The translations under genes and the position numbers were made by a program. A stretch of DNA of 64,000 nucleotides from Andalucia godoyi And28 (lineage: Eukaryota > Protista > Jakobida), in assembly GCA_009859145.1 (NCBI GenBank), contig VRVR01000057.1, positions 62,001 through 126,000 on the forward strand. The letters run 5' to 3'. The notes beneath the pieces were generated by a model, which had not been told where the DNA came from, did not search any database, and saw only the letters and a list, made by a program, of their open reading frames with translations. Within the stretch, counting starts at the first letter, position 1. The number at the start of each line of letters is the position of its first letter. This document shows, in pieces, positions 41,399-52,632 of this stretch.

Positions 41399-42706
41399 TT
41401 AAATGCGGTTCTGGTACGACCCAGCTTTCGTGATGTAGCGAACCCACTTGACTGTCTGGTAGTTGGACTTCTCGAATACCTTCAAGAAACGGACATGCAA
41501 TCCGGACGAAGTAAACATCGGCACCTGGAAATCAAATCCAATGGGGGGTCGGGACCACGCATTCTTACCAGAAGTTGTTGCTATCAGATTAACTTCACCG
41601 CCGAGGGAATACTCTGCACCGCCAGGAAAACGGCGAATCTTCCAAATGATGCAAGAAGTCTCCGGATCGTACTTCGCCTTTCCAGCAGACATTGTTAAAG
41701 TGGTGTTTGCCGTGTTCGGTGGGCAGGGAATCTTGATAGCAACATTGGTCGCGAACAGCCGGGGAGAGAATGTGGCCTTAACCGTGATTTGGACCTCAAG
41801 ACGAGTTCTTCCAAGCTCACGAATGATAGGCGGCATCATCTTGAACGGCAAGATGATGTTGTCGGTGATACGATAACGCATGAGTTCGAATTCGCCATCT
41901 GGGGGAACGAACGAGATCGTTCGATCTGCATCGAATCGACCAAGCTTCACACACTGATGGAAAGTAATATCGTCGATTTCGATTCCAGACCCTCTTTTGG
42001 AAGAGGCAGATGATGCATGGCCCGCGTGTGTCGAGTCGGACACCATCTTGTCGTTCAAACCGAACTTGCATTCAGGCATGCCAGAAAGGAAACACTTCAT
42101 TGCAACCTGTCCAGAAACGTTGGCGTTCAGAACAGAACCTGAATTGGAGATCAGAGCATTCACTTGCTCAATAACATCCAAGAACACCTCATTGCGTTTG
42201 TACCGAATATTGTCGCGACGCCAAGTAATTGCACCAGTTGCCTGAATTGCAATCTTCGAGGAGTCCTCAAGAGAAACGTCTTGACTGTCTCCTTCGGGGG
42301 ACACGTACATCTTGAGCACATCGATCTCCATCGTTTGCGGGAATCCAAAGTCCATCACCTCGTCGAGAAGCTCATAGATCAAAACGTAGTTGGCACGAAC
42401 CGTGTCTTCGGAATAAACTCCTCCGAAGTACGCCTTGAAGATGTTCATCAGACGGTGCAAAAACGCGAAAACAGTCGTGGCATTCGCATTCCTACGCGTA
42501 ACCGCAACCATGTAGAGGTTGTTCTGCAAGACGTGCAAGAAAGTCAGCGAGCCCAGGGGACGGATAGGCGAGCGGTCGCCAAGCTTGGCAGAAATAATCT
42601 GCGTCTTGAACGCATCCGCCGCAGCACGGATGACAACGTCTTCGCGATAAGAGCGCGAGATCAATACCTCTCCGCGAGAGTTCAGAATCAGCAATGCAGA
42701 AAGCAT
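41399..42706 (-). CDS. AP2M1: AP-2 complex mu subunit, 435 aa
   Basis: MLSALLILNSRGEVLISRSYR, LIYELLDEVMDFGFPQ, NEVFLDVIE, FLSGMPECKFGLND, FHQCVKL, SFVPPDGEFELMRYR, FQVPMFTSSGLHVRFLKVFEK. ATG at 42706. Confidence 0.97.
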   Translation of the reverse strand: MLSALLILNSRGEVLISRSYREDVVIRAAADAFKTQIISAKLGDRSPIRPLGSLTFLHVLQNNLYMVAVTRRNANATTVFAFLHRLMNIFKAYFGGVYSEDTVRANYVLIYELLDEVMDFGFPQTMEIDVLKMYVSPEGDSQDVSLEDSSKIAIQATGAITWRRDNIRYKRNEVFLDVIEQVNALISNSGSVLNANVSGQVAMKCFLSGMPECKFGLNDKMVSDSTHAGHASSASSKRGSGIEIDDITFHQCVKLGRFDADRTISFVPPDGEFELMRYRITDNIILPFKMMPPIIRELGRTRLEVQITVKATFSPRLFATNVAIKIPCPPNTANTTLTMSAGKAKYDPETSCIIWKIRRFPGGAEYSLGGEVNLIATTSGKNAWSRPPIGFDFQVPMFTSSGLHVRFLKVFEKSNYQTVKWVRYITKAGSYQNRI

Positions 42707-43374
42707 ATTTAGATGTCTTGAGCTGAGCAAACGGAAGAAAACACAAACAGGAAACCGATAAAAAAAACTAAAACTACAACAAAACAATGTAACAAACAAA
42801 AACAAGAAAGAGCAGAAGACGAGCTGCTGCTGGATCGAGGAAAAGTGGAACTCGGAGCTTTGGGAAAGCTTTGGGAGGCCACTTGCCCAATGGCAGCAAC
42901 AAACGAGGCTTTTTTCTCGAAGATTTGTTTTGTGTACTCTCTCTACAGCAGGACGGCAGCAGGTTTTTTTTCGTATGGTTTTTTTACGACGGTTTGTAAC
43001 ATTTCCCTTTTTCCCGCTTTGTTCCGTTCCGCCTTGCCGAACTGCTTTCCGCAGGGTGTAGGGCCGTAGCCGGAGATGGGGCTCTCCCCCTTCTGCCAAA
43101 GAACACTCAGGTCTGCATTCTGGCATTCTCGCAGGTTCTGTGGAGGTCGTGGTGCCCACCGCCCTCCCCTCTCCTCTCTGCCCCGTGGTGTATTTGAAGT
43201 GCACTTGAACATGACAGGAAATAGCTTAGCGGTGCAAAACTGAGGTGTTCAGCAACAAGTTTACGAGTGGAGACAAAGGCACAGAAAGGAAACTCACCTG
43301 CGAATCAAAAATCACGTTTCCTCAGCGGGAGGCTATCAGTCAGACCATCCAGGCTCGTGCTGCACCGAATCAGA

Positions 43375-43917
43375 CTAGACACGAGAACCAACGGTACCCA
43401 ACTCGCCGGCCGGCATGGTGTTTGCAGTCGTCGTCGGGCCCATGGTAGTGGGGAGCGTGGACGGCTGAGAGACGTTCTTCGTTGCAATCTTGTAGGCTGG
43501 TACGCCGTCCAACACATGATCCTTGAGAGAAGTCTGCAGGAAGAAATATCCCAGCAAAGCAGGGAAGAGAATTGATGCAAACACTGTTGTGGCGACCAGG
43601 GATCCTTCGTCCGTGATGTTGTCCGCAACCCAGCCAGTAACGACAGCAGTGATCAACATTGTCTGCGACCACGCCAGCGCGAATCCAGCGAGAATACCAA
43701 AGGAGTACGCAGTCAAGAAACGAGAATAAATTACTGGAACGGCTGCCGTGTACAAGAGGGTAACAATGGCGGACCAGACCCACCAAAACCGAAGTCTGCT
43801 GGAGTCAACATCATCCACCGAAGCTGCAACGAACGCCGAGATCGCATAGGCGACTCCGAGTCCGGCAAGAATGAGCCATCCCAAAAACAGGGTAGATCGA
43901 GAGTTCAAAGCGGGCAT
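43375..43917 (-). CDS. Small uncharacterised four-TM membrane protein
   Basis: 180-aa ATG ORF with four hydrophobic segments and a polar C-terminal tail. Confidence 0.7.
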   Translation of the reverse strand: MPALNSRSTLFLGWLILAGLGVAYAISAFVAASVDDVDSSRLRFWWVWSAIVTLLYTAAVPVIYSRFLTAYSFGILAGFALAWSQTMLITAVVTGWVADNITDEGSLVATTVFASILFPALLGYFFLQTSLKDHVLDGVPAYKIATKNVSQPSTLPTTMGPTTTANTMPAGELGTVGSRV

Positions 43918-44322
43918 TCTGTTCGTCAGTCCTTTTTAAATTATCACAGAAGAAGAAGAGGAGGAAGTGAGAAAGAAAAAGGAGGGAAAATTGCTTTGTC
44001 CCGAAAATGCCCAAAACGGTGCTTTAAATAAGCACAAGGGTCGGCATTGGTCAGAATCGTTGATGTAAAGTCGATGGAAATGCAAGTGCAAGAACTGCTA
44101 CACGAACACTCCCACGAACTTCTACCGACGAAGAGGAAGCGAGAAAACAAACAAACAAACAACGCAATCTGCACGAACTTGACGTGCAGTTGACTCTCAT
44201 CACAACCCCCCCGCCAAACATGGGGAACGTTAAAAGATGCACGAGACAGAAACACACATGCATATCGACTTCAAGTCGAGTGTGATGGCGGCGGTTGGGA
44301 ACCATTGTGCAAATCCAGTGCA

Positions 44323-45267
44323 TCATCGATCCGTTTTCGGGTTTCTGAAAAAGGTCTGAGCATGCGAGAAGGCCGATTTGATATACGATGCCGTTTCACT
44401 CGTGTCAATACGAGTGGAAACATGGTCGACCAAGAAGAGCTTGCAGATGTTTAACACCGACGGAATCACCAGAAACGAAGAGCCCATCAATCCACCAAGA
44501 ATGCTCAGAGCAGGGACTGCCGTGACAGACGTGGCGAATTGATATTCCAAGGGAACATGCTCGAACCCATGCGCTTGCCGAATCATGAAATCAGTGCAAC
44601 TAATTGTCAGAGCACCAGCAAATGACGACAGCGTTCTTTTCGGAATACTCCGAATCATGAAGAGATCGAGAAGAGGCAATCGGGAAGCATATCGGATCGT
44701 AGGCCAGACCATGGCGGAGACGAGATAAATGCCATACGAACTGAAGAAGCGCTCAATTGCGTCTCGAAACACGAAATCCTTCAAGGCCGCTTCCGGCTTC
44801 TTATTTTGGTTCAGGATTTCCATGCCAAGCGTAGAATAAAATGACGGGGTGCGATCGTGCATGGTTCGCAGTACAAAAGAGATGGGTGACTGTCGCATCC
44901 GGTGTGCATTCCCGACGTCAATGGTCAGCGCAGTCAATAGCTTTTGGAGTACACGTCCTTCTCCCGGATCTGAGACCGTAACCAGATCATGAATGTCCTT
45001 CAATGCTGCGCCTCGCTGCACCAACAGAGTTCGAGCTGCTTTTGCGCTCTCTGTAGAGACAGACGGAGAGCACACGATATCCAACAGCGCAGAAAGTGCG
45101 AGCCTCGGATGCCGCGCACAGCAAGACAGAACCGCGGAGACAATCTCTGGAGAGATTGGCGTTGATGAAAAGCAGGAACTATTTACGAGATTTCGAATCA
45201 TTGCCAGTGTATCCTGTCGGACAGAGACGTCGCGATGACAACATAGAACGGATAGAGCAGCAGACAT
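44323..45267 (-). CDS. Uncharacterised protein (helical N-terminus, hydrophobic C-terminus)
   Basis: ORF of more than 300 aa filling the gap between genes. First ATG at 45267; the track start at 45396 is TTG. Confidence 0.6.
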   Translation of the reverse strand: MSAALSVLCCHRDVSVRQDTLAMIRNLVNSSCFSSTPISPEIVSAVLSCCARHPRLALSALLDIVCSPSVSTESAKAARTLLVQRGAALKDIHDLVTVSDPGEGRVLQKLLTALTIDVGNAHRMRQSPISFVLRTMHDRTPSFYSTLGMEILNQNKKPEAALKDFVFRDAIERFFSSYGIYLVSAMVWPTIRYASRLPLLDLFMIRSIPKRTLSSFAGALTISCTDFMIRQAHGFEHVPLEYQFATSVTAVPALSILGGLMGSSFLVIPSVLNICKLFLVDHVSTRIDTSETASYIKSAFSHAQTFFRNPKTDR

Positions 45268-46195
45268 TGACGGCACTGCCAAAAAAGAAGAGCAAAACGA
45301 CGGGGAAACGCTGAGCAACCACGATTTCCTGATACTGCACTTCAGGTCATCAGAAGAGGAATGTTTGAATGCCTCTGTCTGCACAATACGACCCAACTCC
45401 GATCCTCTCCCTATTTGTGAAAAGTTTTCGTCAGTAAAAGATGGTCATCATATCCTTTTTTTTTTTTTTTTTTTGATTCTTGATGTTCAGAAACACTCCA
45501 GTCACATACTTTTCCCATATCTTTCAAGTTGATAAAGGCCAAAGAACAGACCACCACAAGATAAACAAAGCGCCAAATTAGTAGCGAGTGGAGGACGATG
45601 AACTACATTAATGCATGCACATAACAAACAAAACAGCCAAACCCAATAAAAAACACACACAGTCAGATTCGTGGTTACCAGTGTCATCCAAATGTACAAA
45701 ACAGAACCAAAAAAATGTGGTAAAAATAAAAAATCACGGAGAGATGCAAACCTTGGAAAATTCTTGGAACTCTGTTACGTTCGCCATTTTTTCTGGCGAA
45801 AGCTGACATCAAGACCCGCTTACTATTCGCCATACGGTTCATGGAGTACGCAGCATATGCTCTGTCCAAAAAGGGGACTGTGACGTTTAATTTCTGTATG
45901 AACCCCCCCTTGTCCAAAAGAAAAAGACACGAAGCTCTGCACGAGTTTCGGTGGAGTCGTGATGGTCGCAGCCAGTCGACGTTTCCACTTCACGGAAAAA
46001 TTCCCGAAAGCCTCCTCAATTTCGCCCGAAGAAAGAATCAACAACTGCGCGTTGCAAGCAGGCGCCCCACGTTATAAGCACAATGCACTGCGGCAAAGAA
46101 CCATGAATGTTGCTGGCATGACCACAGCTTGAGGGGCTTCGTATTTTTCCATCTGTGCATGCGACTTTTGTTGTTGTGGTTGTGTTGAGTAAGAC

Positions 46196-46975
46196 ATGTC
46201 ACGCGGATTCTCTGTTTTTGTGCTTGGAGCGTCTTCATGCACTGCGAAAAGCCTGTATCCCTTGCTGCTGAAGAAGAGTCATCTGCATCCCCTGACCTTG
46301 TCTCTGGTTGCACGGGATGCGAAAGAGCTTGAAAACGCCGAGCTGTTCATTCGGCAACTGGACCCGAGCGTCCGTGTGATTAAGTCCGTAGCGGCCGCAA
46401 ATGAGGATGGAGCGATCGGCGAAGCCGTGCAGCGCACGGTCACCGAGTTCGGATCTGTAGATGCGTCTGTGAACTTAATCGGGTCTATTCTTTTAAAGCC
46501 TGCTCATTTAACGTCTATAGAGGACTTTCGCACGGTTTGGGAAACGAACGTACAATCTTCTTTCAGCATGTTGCGCCACGTGACGAAGCACATGATGAGA
46601 CAGCCGCAAGGAGGTTCCGTCGTTCTCATGAGTTCTGCAGTTTCCAGACACGGGTTTGCAAATCACGAAGCCGTGTCTGCTGCAAAAGGCGCCATCAATA
46701 GTTTGACGTTGTCGGCTGCTTCCTCATATGCCAAGCATAAGATCCGAGTCAACGCAGTTCTTCCCGGCCTGACGTTCGCGAAAATGTCGGAACGCCTCAC
46801 ATCGAATTCCCAGGCTCTCCAGGCATCGATTGCAATGCATGCATTGGGTAAGATTGGAACCACAGAAGATGTTGCTCGATCGGTGTCCTTTTTCTTGGAC
46901 CCAGTGGAGTCTGGGCACGTTACTGGGCAATTGCTCGCGGTGGACGGAGGTCTCGGATCCGTCAAGGCGTCCTGA
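46196..46975 (+). CDS. Short-chain dehydrogenase/reductase (atypical, catalytic Tyr absent)
   Basis: Rossmann N-terminus, VNLIGSILLKPAH, N..SSF, LMSS, NHEAVSAAKG, IRVNAVLPG, VTGQLLAVDGG. Confidence 0.85.
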   Translation: MSRGFSVFVLGASSCTAKSLYPLLLKKSHLHPLTLSLVARDAKELENAELFIRQLDPSVRVIKSVAAANEDGAIGEAVQRTVTEFGSVDASVNLIGSILLKPAHLTSIEDFRTVWETNVQSSFSMLRHVTKHMMRQPQGGSVVLMSSAVSRHGFANHEAVSAAKGAINSLTLSAASSYAKHKIRVNAVLPGLTFAKMSERLTSNSQALQASIAMHALGKIGTTEDVARSVSFFLDPVESGHVTGQLLAVDGGLGSVKAS

Positions 46976-47082
46976 CAACAGGAAATGACAATTTAATTAA
47001 AACCACGATCTTCTTCTGGCAAGACTGTTTTTACGAGACGCATGTCGCATTGTCGATCCTACTGCAGGGCGAGAGGCCATCG

Positions 47083-48405
47083 CTACTCATCACTCGCAAC
47101 ACCCAGGTTCTTGTCCGACCACATCAATTGTGCAGAATCACATATTTGATAATGTTCTCTAGTGGCTTGCAACTCATGAAGAAGGTCGATCCAAGCACCC
47201 TGGCCCCACGAATTAATCAGAAAACTCTTTGTGTCGTTGTCTGTTGCGTTTTCGAAGCTTGGGACATTGCACAAAACCACAGCCGCTGGTTCACGGTTCG
47301 AAACCTTGAGAGATAAACTGCAACAGAATCCAAGATCCTCCCCCGAAATAACCATCCAGTTTCTTCCACACTGCGTCTGCCCATTGCCTTCCGCACGGTG
47401 GACATCCTCAGAGTCCTCCTCCTCAGTGGGCCGTGTGAATGGTGGACAATCGTAGGATACGTGGACCGCGCCCGCTTTGTCAGTCTGTTCAATCCATTCA
47501 TACTCTACGTCTGTACAATGCCGTGTCTCGAGCCACTTTCTTGCAGCTCGAATCAGCCCCATGCATATCCGATTCCAGGTCCAGGGAAGATGCGCCTTTT
47601 CCTCAGAGGGAACAAGCAGCTTATCAACACAGTGAACGGAGAGCTCTGCCTCGTATACGGCAATCTGACACGCTCGCAACTGCGACTTCCAAGCGGCCTC
47701 AATTGCATTAACGGATGTCCAAAAGTCACCCTTTGTTGGAGAGACTGCCAAACGGAATCGGATGAATTCCAACGCATAGTACTGCCACTGGGACCGCAGA
47801 CGGGACAGAGTGGCAATGAACCGCTTTCTGCGCCACTTCAGATATGGGTCCAGTATGACAGAGTCTTCGTCAAACAAACATCTCATCGCCGGATCTGCGA
47901 GCAGCGAGGCGTACACGCAAGCAGTGAACGTATTTTCGTTGAGGAACTGAGAGTAGTAATCGACAAGCGAGAATTTTTGAAATGGAACCAGAGTCACAAC
48001 CTGCCATTTGGCCAAATCACCAGAAACGCGGATCAAACCAACCCCAAACCCTCGATCCATCAGGCATTGAAACCAAAACGTGAGTGCGCTGCTTGTCAGG
48101 TTGAACAGAGAATCCACGACAACAGAAACCTGGTTGTACCATTTCTCAAGTAACAAGCCGTGCAGCATGTCCGCATAGGTGAACCACTTCATGTTATCGT
48201 CATAGCTCATCACAACGTCGTGTACCCGCTGACCGTCATCCATTCTCGTAAAGGACTCTACAATGTCCGACTGCGGGCAGGAGCTCAACGCAGCGAAATA
48301 CTGCTGTGAAACACCAGACAGAATCAAGTACATCTGACCATCGCGGAAGGCCAAAGAAACATTGTCCGATATCCCTTTGAAGTACGCGTAGGAGTCGATG
48401 GACAT
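47083..48405 (-). CDS. Uncharacterised protein
   Basis: ORF of about 440-470 aa (ATG at 48405 or 48504); no family recognised. Confidence 0.6.
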   Translation of the reverse strand: MSIDSYAYFKGISDNVSLAFRDGQMYLILSGVSQQYFAALSSCPQSDIVESFTRMDDGQRVHDVVMSYDDNMKWFTYADMLHGLLLEKWYNQVSVVVDSLFNLTSSALTFWFQCLMDRGFGVGLIRVSGDLAKWQVVTLVPFQKFSLVDYYSQFLNENTFTACVYASLLADPAMRCLFDEDSVILDPYLKWRRKRFIATLSRLRSQWQYYALEFIRFRLAVSPTKGDFWTSVNAIEAAWKSQLRACQIAVYEAELSVHCVDKLLVPSEEKAHLPWTWNRICMGLIRAARKWLETRHCTDVEYEWIEQTDKAGAVHVSYDCPPFTRPTEEEDSEDVHRAEGNGQTQCGRNWMVISGEDLGFCCSLSLKVSNREPAAVVLCNVPSFENATDNDTKSFLINSWGQGAWIDLLHELQATREHYQICDSAQLMWSDKNLGVASDE

Positions 48406-48891
48406 TGCTGAGGGGTGTCTGTATTCCGTTTTGCAAAACTCGGTGTTGGTGGAGGAAAAAGAAGGCAAGATTTTTATTTTTCTCCAGGCGTTGCCATTTG
48501 GCATATTCGGGTGATGGTGGAGAAACCATGGCGTTTGCCGGCGTCAGTTTGCAAGCGCACGCCATGTCTATCAAACGGTCCCTGCGCGAGCAGTTGAATG
48601 AAAGTTTCTTCGGCAGTCGTGCTGTCACCATCCATCATCGGGTGCAAGCAGCACCTTCCACGGCGGCATTTGTGTGCTGGCTAGGCTCAAGCATCACTTG
48701 CTTGCTGTTGCAGTTTTCGACTCAGTTGAAGGGCGCTTTGGGCTAAGTTCCATGCTTCTATTTCCTCTTTCCTCTCTCCTCTTTGTCTTTGTCTTTGTCT
48801 TCGTCTTTGTCTTCCTCATTGTCTTTGTCTTCCTTTCGGTGTGTCACATCCTTCGCTGTTGGTGCAAGGCTGTTTGTTGTCGCTGTCCCTC

Positions 48892-50097
48892 ATGCGTCCA
48901 CCTAGTCCTTCAGTCCGAGTTGCGATAGGCGGTCCGTTTTCTGGCGTTTCGTACAACGACTATGACGTCACGATTGGAAAATGGTTCTCGGAAGGATTCC
49001 GTCTCTATCGCCGCCATTTCATCCTGTACACGGTGATCTATCTGTTCTGGGCAGCTCTGTTCATGACGCTCACTTATCTGACTGCCTCGATTCTGCGGAC
49101 ACAGGACTCAAACAAGGCGAATCTGGTTGCCCTGTTCCTTTCGTCGCTCGTTTCGCTTGCACTTCACACATTTTGGCACGCTGGGTTCTACATGTTTTCG
49201 TTCAAGACATTCTTTTCCTTGCACCACACTTCTCTCGACCCGTCGCAGACGTCGTCTTGGGTGTATGCTCTGATGGACTTCTTTCCGTTTCGTTTGCTGT
49301 GCATCTCCTCTCGCAGTAGCTCAAATTCTGGAAACAACTCTGCCAGCACCGCCTCCGACCAGAAACCTCTCGGAATGTGGATGCTGATGGCCGAGCAAGC
49401 GCTTGAACAGTTGCTCATTTTGATCGGGTTCCTTCTGCTTGTGCTTCCGGGAATTTATCTCCTTTTCGCACTGTCTTTCGCACTACCTCTTGTCTTGCAC
49501 CATTCCACAAAGGGTTTGATGGCATGCATGGGCCACTCAATCAAGCAGCAGAACAAACACTTGTTTGGCATGATCGCTTTTCATGTGCTTGCATTCGGAC
49601 TTATTCTTCTTACTGTCTTGATTCCTTCTGGAATCTGGGGTATCTCGATCTGGAACGAGTTCTTTCCTGTTCACCAGGTGGATGACTCCGTGTCGAAGAA
49701 CGGAGACGGGATGCCTGTGCTGGAACCACTGCAATTGGCTGCACAGTCCTTGTCCAAAATTGCTTTTGCCTTGTTCAATTCCGACACTGTCACATCCGAT
49801 GCCTCGACTGCTTCTCGTGCCTCTGACCAGGATCCCAGCTCTCTTTGGGAAGAACTGGATGCTTCTATCGCAGGCCGTTATTCGGTCGGATTCATCCTCT
49901 GTTACTATCTGTTGTCTGCGGTTCTTCGACCTATCTACTATGCTGTGATGACAGCGTGTTACTCGGATGTATTTGGAATTGAATTTTCTGAACTCCTCAA
50001 CCCATCTGCTGCCGCGTTGCGCGATATCAATGCCAGCTTCGAAGATGACGACGACGTTGATTCTCCTGTACCGCGCCGTGGCATGTCCCCTCCTTGA
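48892..50097 (+). CDS. Uncharacterised multi-pass membrane protein
   Basis: About 6 TM segments with the pattern LIGFLLLVLPGIYL...FALPLVL. Likely ATG at 48892. Confidence 0.7.
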   Translation: MRPPSPSVRVAIGGPFSGVSYNDYDVTIGKWFSEGFRLYRRHFILYTVIYLFWAALFMTLTYLTASILRTQDSNKANLVALFLSSLVSLALHTFWHAGFYMFSFKTFFSLHHTSLDPSQTSSWVYALMDFFPFRLLCISSRSSSNSGNNSASTASDQKPLGMWMLMAEQALEQLLILIGFLLLVLPGIYLLFALSFALPLVLHHSTKGLMACMGHSIKQQNKHLFGMIAFHVLAFGLILLTVLIPSGIWGISIWNEFFPVHQVDDSVSKNGDGMPVLEPLQLAAQSLSKIAFALFNSDTVTSDASTASRASDQDPSSLWEELDASIAGRYSVGFILCYYLLSAVLRPIYYAVMTACYSDVFGIEFSELLNPSAAALRDINASFEDDDDVDSPVPRRGMSPP

Positions 50098-50306
50098 TTG
50101 ATGACAGGACAGTCATTATTGTGAATCGATACCGTAAATTGAAAGTTTTCTGTCAGTTTCTTTATGGATTTCCCCCCTCTTTTTTCCCATTCCAAACACG
50201 CAACGCCCCCGCATCTCTTTCTCCCCTTGCTTGAGCATTAAAATAATAATAAAAAAATAATAAAAAAAGAGAAAAAGAAAAAGAGGAGATCAATGCACAC
50301 CGAAGA

Positions 50307-52445
50307 CTACACAGATGGAGGAGCCAAAAGCTTGGCAACAAACAGCCAGCCAAACTTTTCCGCAGTGGGCTTGCTCAGTGAATGATCCGAGTCTGAGAAA
50401 AACAGCATGTCCACGTTGGCAAAGCCCAATTCACGGAGATTGTGGTACGCCTCTACAGACTGAGAAGGCGGGACACGCTTATCTTGGTTGCCAACAAGAA
50501 ACACAAATCGTGTTTTCCGATCAATCTCTGGAAAATTGCGGATCGGGGAAACTTTCCACATTTCTTCGAATGAAAAACGATTCGAGAAGTCGTATGGGAG
50601 GCCGATTTCACCTGTGCACCAGTCTGGAATATCTGTTGACCCAATCATACTCACGACGTTAACAACTGGATTGCGGCCTACCACAAGAGAAACAGACAGA
50701 CGGGGAACCATCTTCGGCAAATGGTATGCAAGATGGAGAACAGCGAAACCGCCATGGGAGCCGCCACACAAAACAACGTTCTTATCGTACACGCCATCAT
50801 CCTTGCAGACGTGACTGATGGCATCAACACAATCTTGCACGTCCAATTCCCCAATACGGCCCAGAAGAACATCGTTGAAATCTTGGCCATAGTTGCAAGA
50901 TCCACGGTAGTTGATAAGAAGGACGTCGTATCCGAGAAGTGCAAAGAACGCGTGGGTCCCCACAAATTCCAAGGAAAACGCGGAGTGGGGGCCTCCATGC
51001 GGGATGGCCATCAATCTTCGAACGGTACCTGCCGCCAGCGGAGCTCTGAGCAGCAAACATTCAAAAGGCAGCTGCGGTTCTTGGGAGGGGCTGATTGTTA
51101 ACAGGGAGAATGTGATCGGAGACAACAGGTCCTTGTATCTCTTTGAATCCGCTAACGAGAACACTCGGGCTTCCGCTCCGGTACGAAAAGTCCTTTGGAG
51201 CACGGACGGAGGTTGCGCAGGAGTTGATTCCTGGAACAACAGACAGCCGCTCGTGGGGCACACATCGAGAAGGGAGGCCCCGTCTCTTTCTTGTTGCACA
51301 TCAAGCGATTCCAAATCAACTGACATGATACGGGGTGTCATCCCGTGTGGAGAATCGAAAAAAAACCTAGACCCAAATACACAGCGCTTTGCGGCGAAAT
51401 AGTGGCTCCAGAAATTCTTAGTGGACGCATCCGAGTCTATGGAGAGAATTCTGCGCAGCACCCGCAAGACAATGTTGGCACCATCGCTGAAAACAACAGA
51501 AGAATTCCATTCTGCTGACCACAATGCACACGATGTGTTATGCGAATATTTGCAAGACTCCGTCGAAGAAAACAAAAGACTTTTGCCATTGAGAACGAAC
51601 AACGGAGACCGAGCATTCCAAGTCGTTGAAAACTCGGAATGTTCAAACAGTACTCTCCACCACTTCTGTTTGCCGATATCAAAACAGGCCAGAAAAGACT
51701 TGCGTTGGAAACAGAACTTCGTGCCGAACTTGCGCGGCGCATGCGGAATGCATGTACAAATGAGGATCGATGAGCCAGATGCTTCGCTCTCTGGCGGAGC
51801 CCATTTTGCTTGCGCAATCGAGCAGTTCCATTCAGGTGGAGGGGCTATCGTGCCGCCCCCAAGAACTTTTGGTTCCTTCTTTTCCTCCTTTTCAGACTCG
51901 GGAGGATGAGTCGTGCCGTCGGCGATATCGACAGTGTATGCAAACTCCAAATCAAGGTAACCGGCCACCCCGACTGTGAATCCCGCAACTTGTTCGCCCC
52001 ACTCCTCCTGGAAGACATAGTCTGTTTCCGTCTTTGTGGATTCCGGTTTCTTGTTTCCGACAAAAAGCAGTCTCTTCTCTGCAGCGTCGAAATCGAATGA
52101 CGAAAACCAATCATCCCCATACACCTTGGAAAACACAGGGGACACGTCGAAACGGAAGATCGTGGATGTATGCGAATCAAAGACTTCAAACGACGTTTCA
52201 TACACTCGCACATGCCACTTTCCAGAATTTGAAGTGAGCGATGTCACGAGACCGTCCGGATTCCGCGCAGGCGCCTGAATGACTGCTCCCGAGGCTGAAA
52301 CCATAAGGCTGAAGCCCGGTTTCTTGTTCCCCTCGAAATCCCTGGTAGCATACTGCACATGCGCATAGTCCGAGTTAACAATGCGGCATGCACCTAGCGT
52401 AGGAATGTCGAGGATGGCAGAATACAGCTTCTCAACTTTTGACAT
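50307..52445 (-). CDS. APEH: Acylamino-acid-releasing enzyme (prolyl oligopeptidase family S9C)
   Basis: PHGGPHS, INYRGS..YGQ, GGSHGGF (Ser), DKRVPP (Asp), SDHSL (His), N-terminal beta-propeller region. Confidence 0.9.
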   Translation of the reverse strand: MSKVEKLYSAILDIPTLGACRIVNSDYAHVQYATRDFEGNKKPGFSLMVSASGAVIQAPARNPDGLVTSLTSNSGKWHVRVYETSFEVFDSHTSTIFRFDVSPVFSKVYGDDWFSSFDFDAAEKRLLFVGNKKPESTKTETDYVFQEEWGEQVAGFTVGVAGYLDLEFAYTVDIADGTTHPPESEKEEKKEPKVLGGGTIAPPPEWNCSIAQAKWAPPESEASGSSILICTCIPHAPRKFGTKFCFQRKSFLACFDIGKQKWWRVLFEHSEFSTTWNARSPLFVLNGKSLLFSSTESCKYSHNTSCALWSAEWNSSVVFSDGANIVLRVLRRILSIDSDASTKNFWSHYFAAKRCVFGSRFFFDSPHGMTPRIMSVDLESLDVQQERDGASLLDVCPTSGCLLFQESTPAQPPSVLQRTFRTGAEARVFSLADSKRYKDLLSPITFSLLTISPSQEPQLPFECLLLRAPLAAGTVRRLMAIPHGGPHSAFSLEFVGTHAFFALLGYDVLLINYRGSCNYGQDFNDVLLGRIGELDVQDCVDAISHVCKDDGVYDKNVVLCGGSHGGFAVLHLAYHLPKMVPRLSVSLVVGRNPVVNVVSMIGSTDIPDWCTGEIGLPYDFSNRFSFEEMWKVSPIRNFPEIDRKTRFVFLVGNQDKRVPPSQSVEAYHNLRELGFANVDMLFFSDSDHSLSKPTAEKFGWLFVAKLLAPPSV

Positions 52446-52632
52446 GGCGAAACACACAACCGAACAAAATTTCTACAATATTCAAGCACGTTGTTTCGGC
52501 TGAATTAAAAGCACAGTTTCAGCTATGGGAAACAACTTGCCAGGTTGCTTTTTGTGAAGCACTCCAGACAAACGAGACTCGTACAGCTGGAGAGACCGTT
52601 GAAAATAATAACACGTCGTTGTCGTGCATACG

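Noticed and set aside
42707-43204. 166-aa N-terminal extension of AP2M1
   Set aside because: The canonical mu2 N-terminus begins at ATG 42706; the extension is low-complexity upstream DNA
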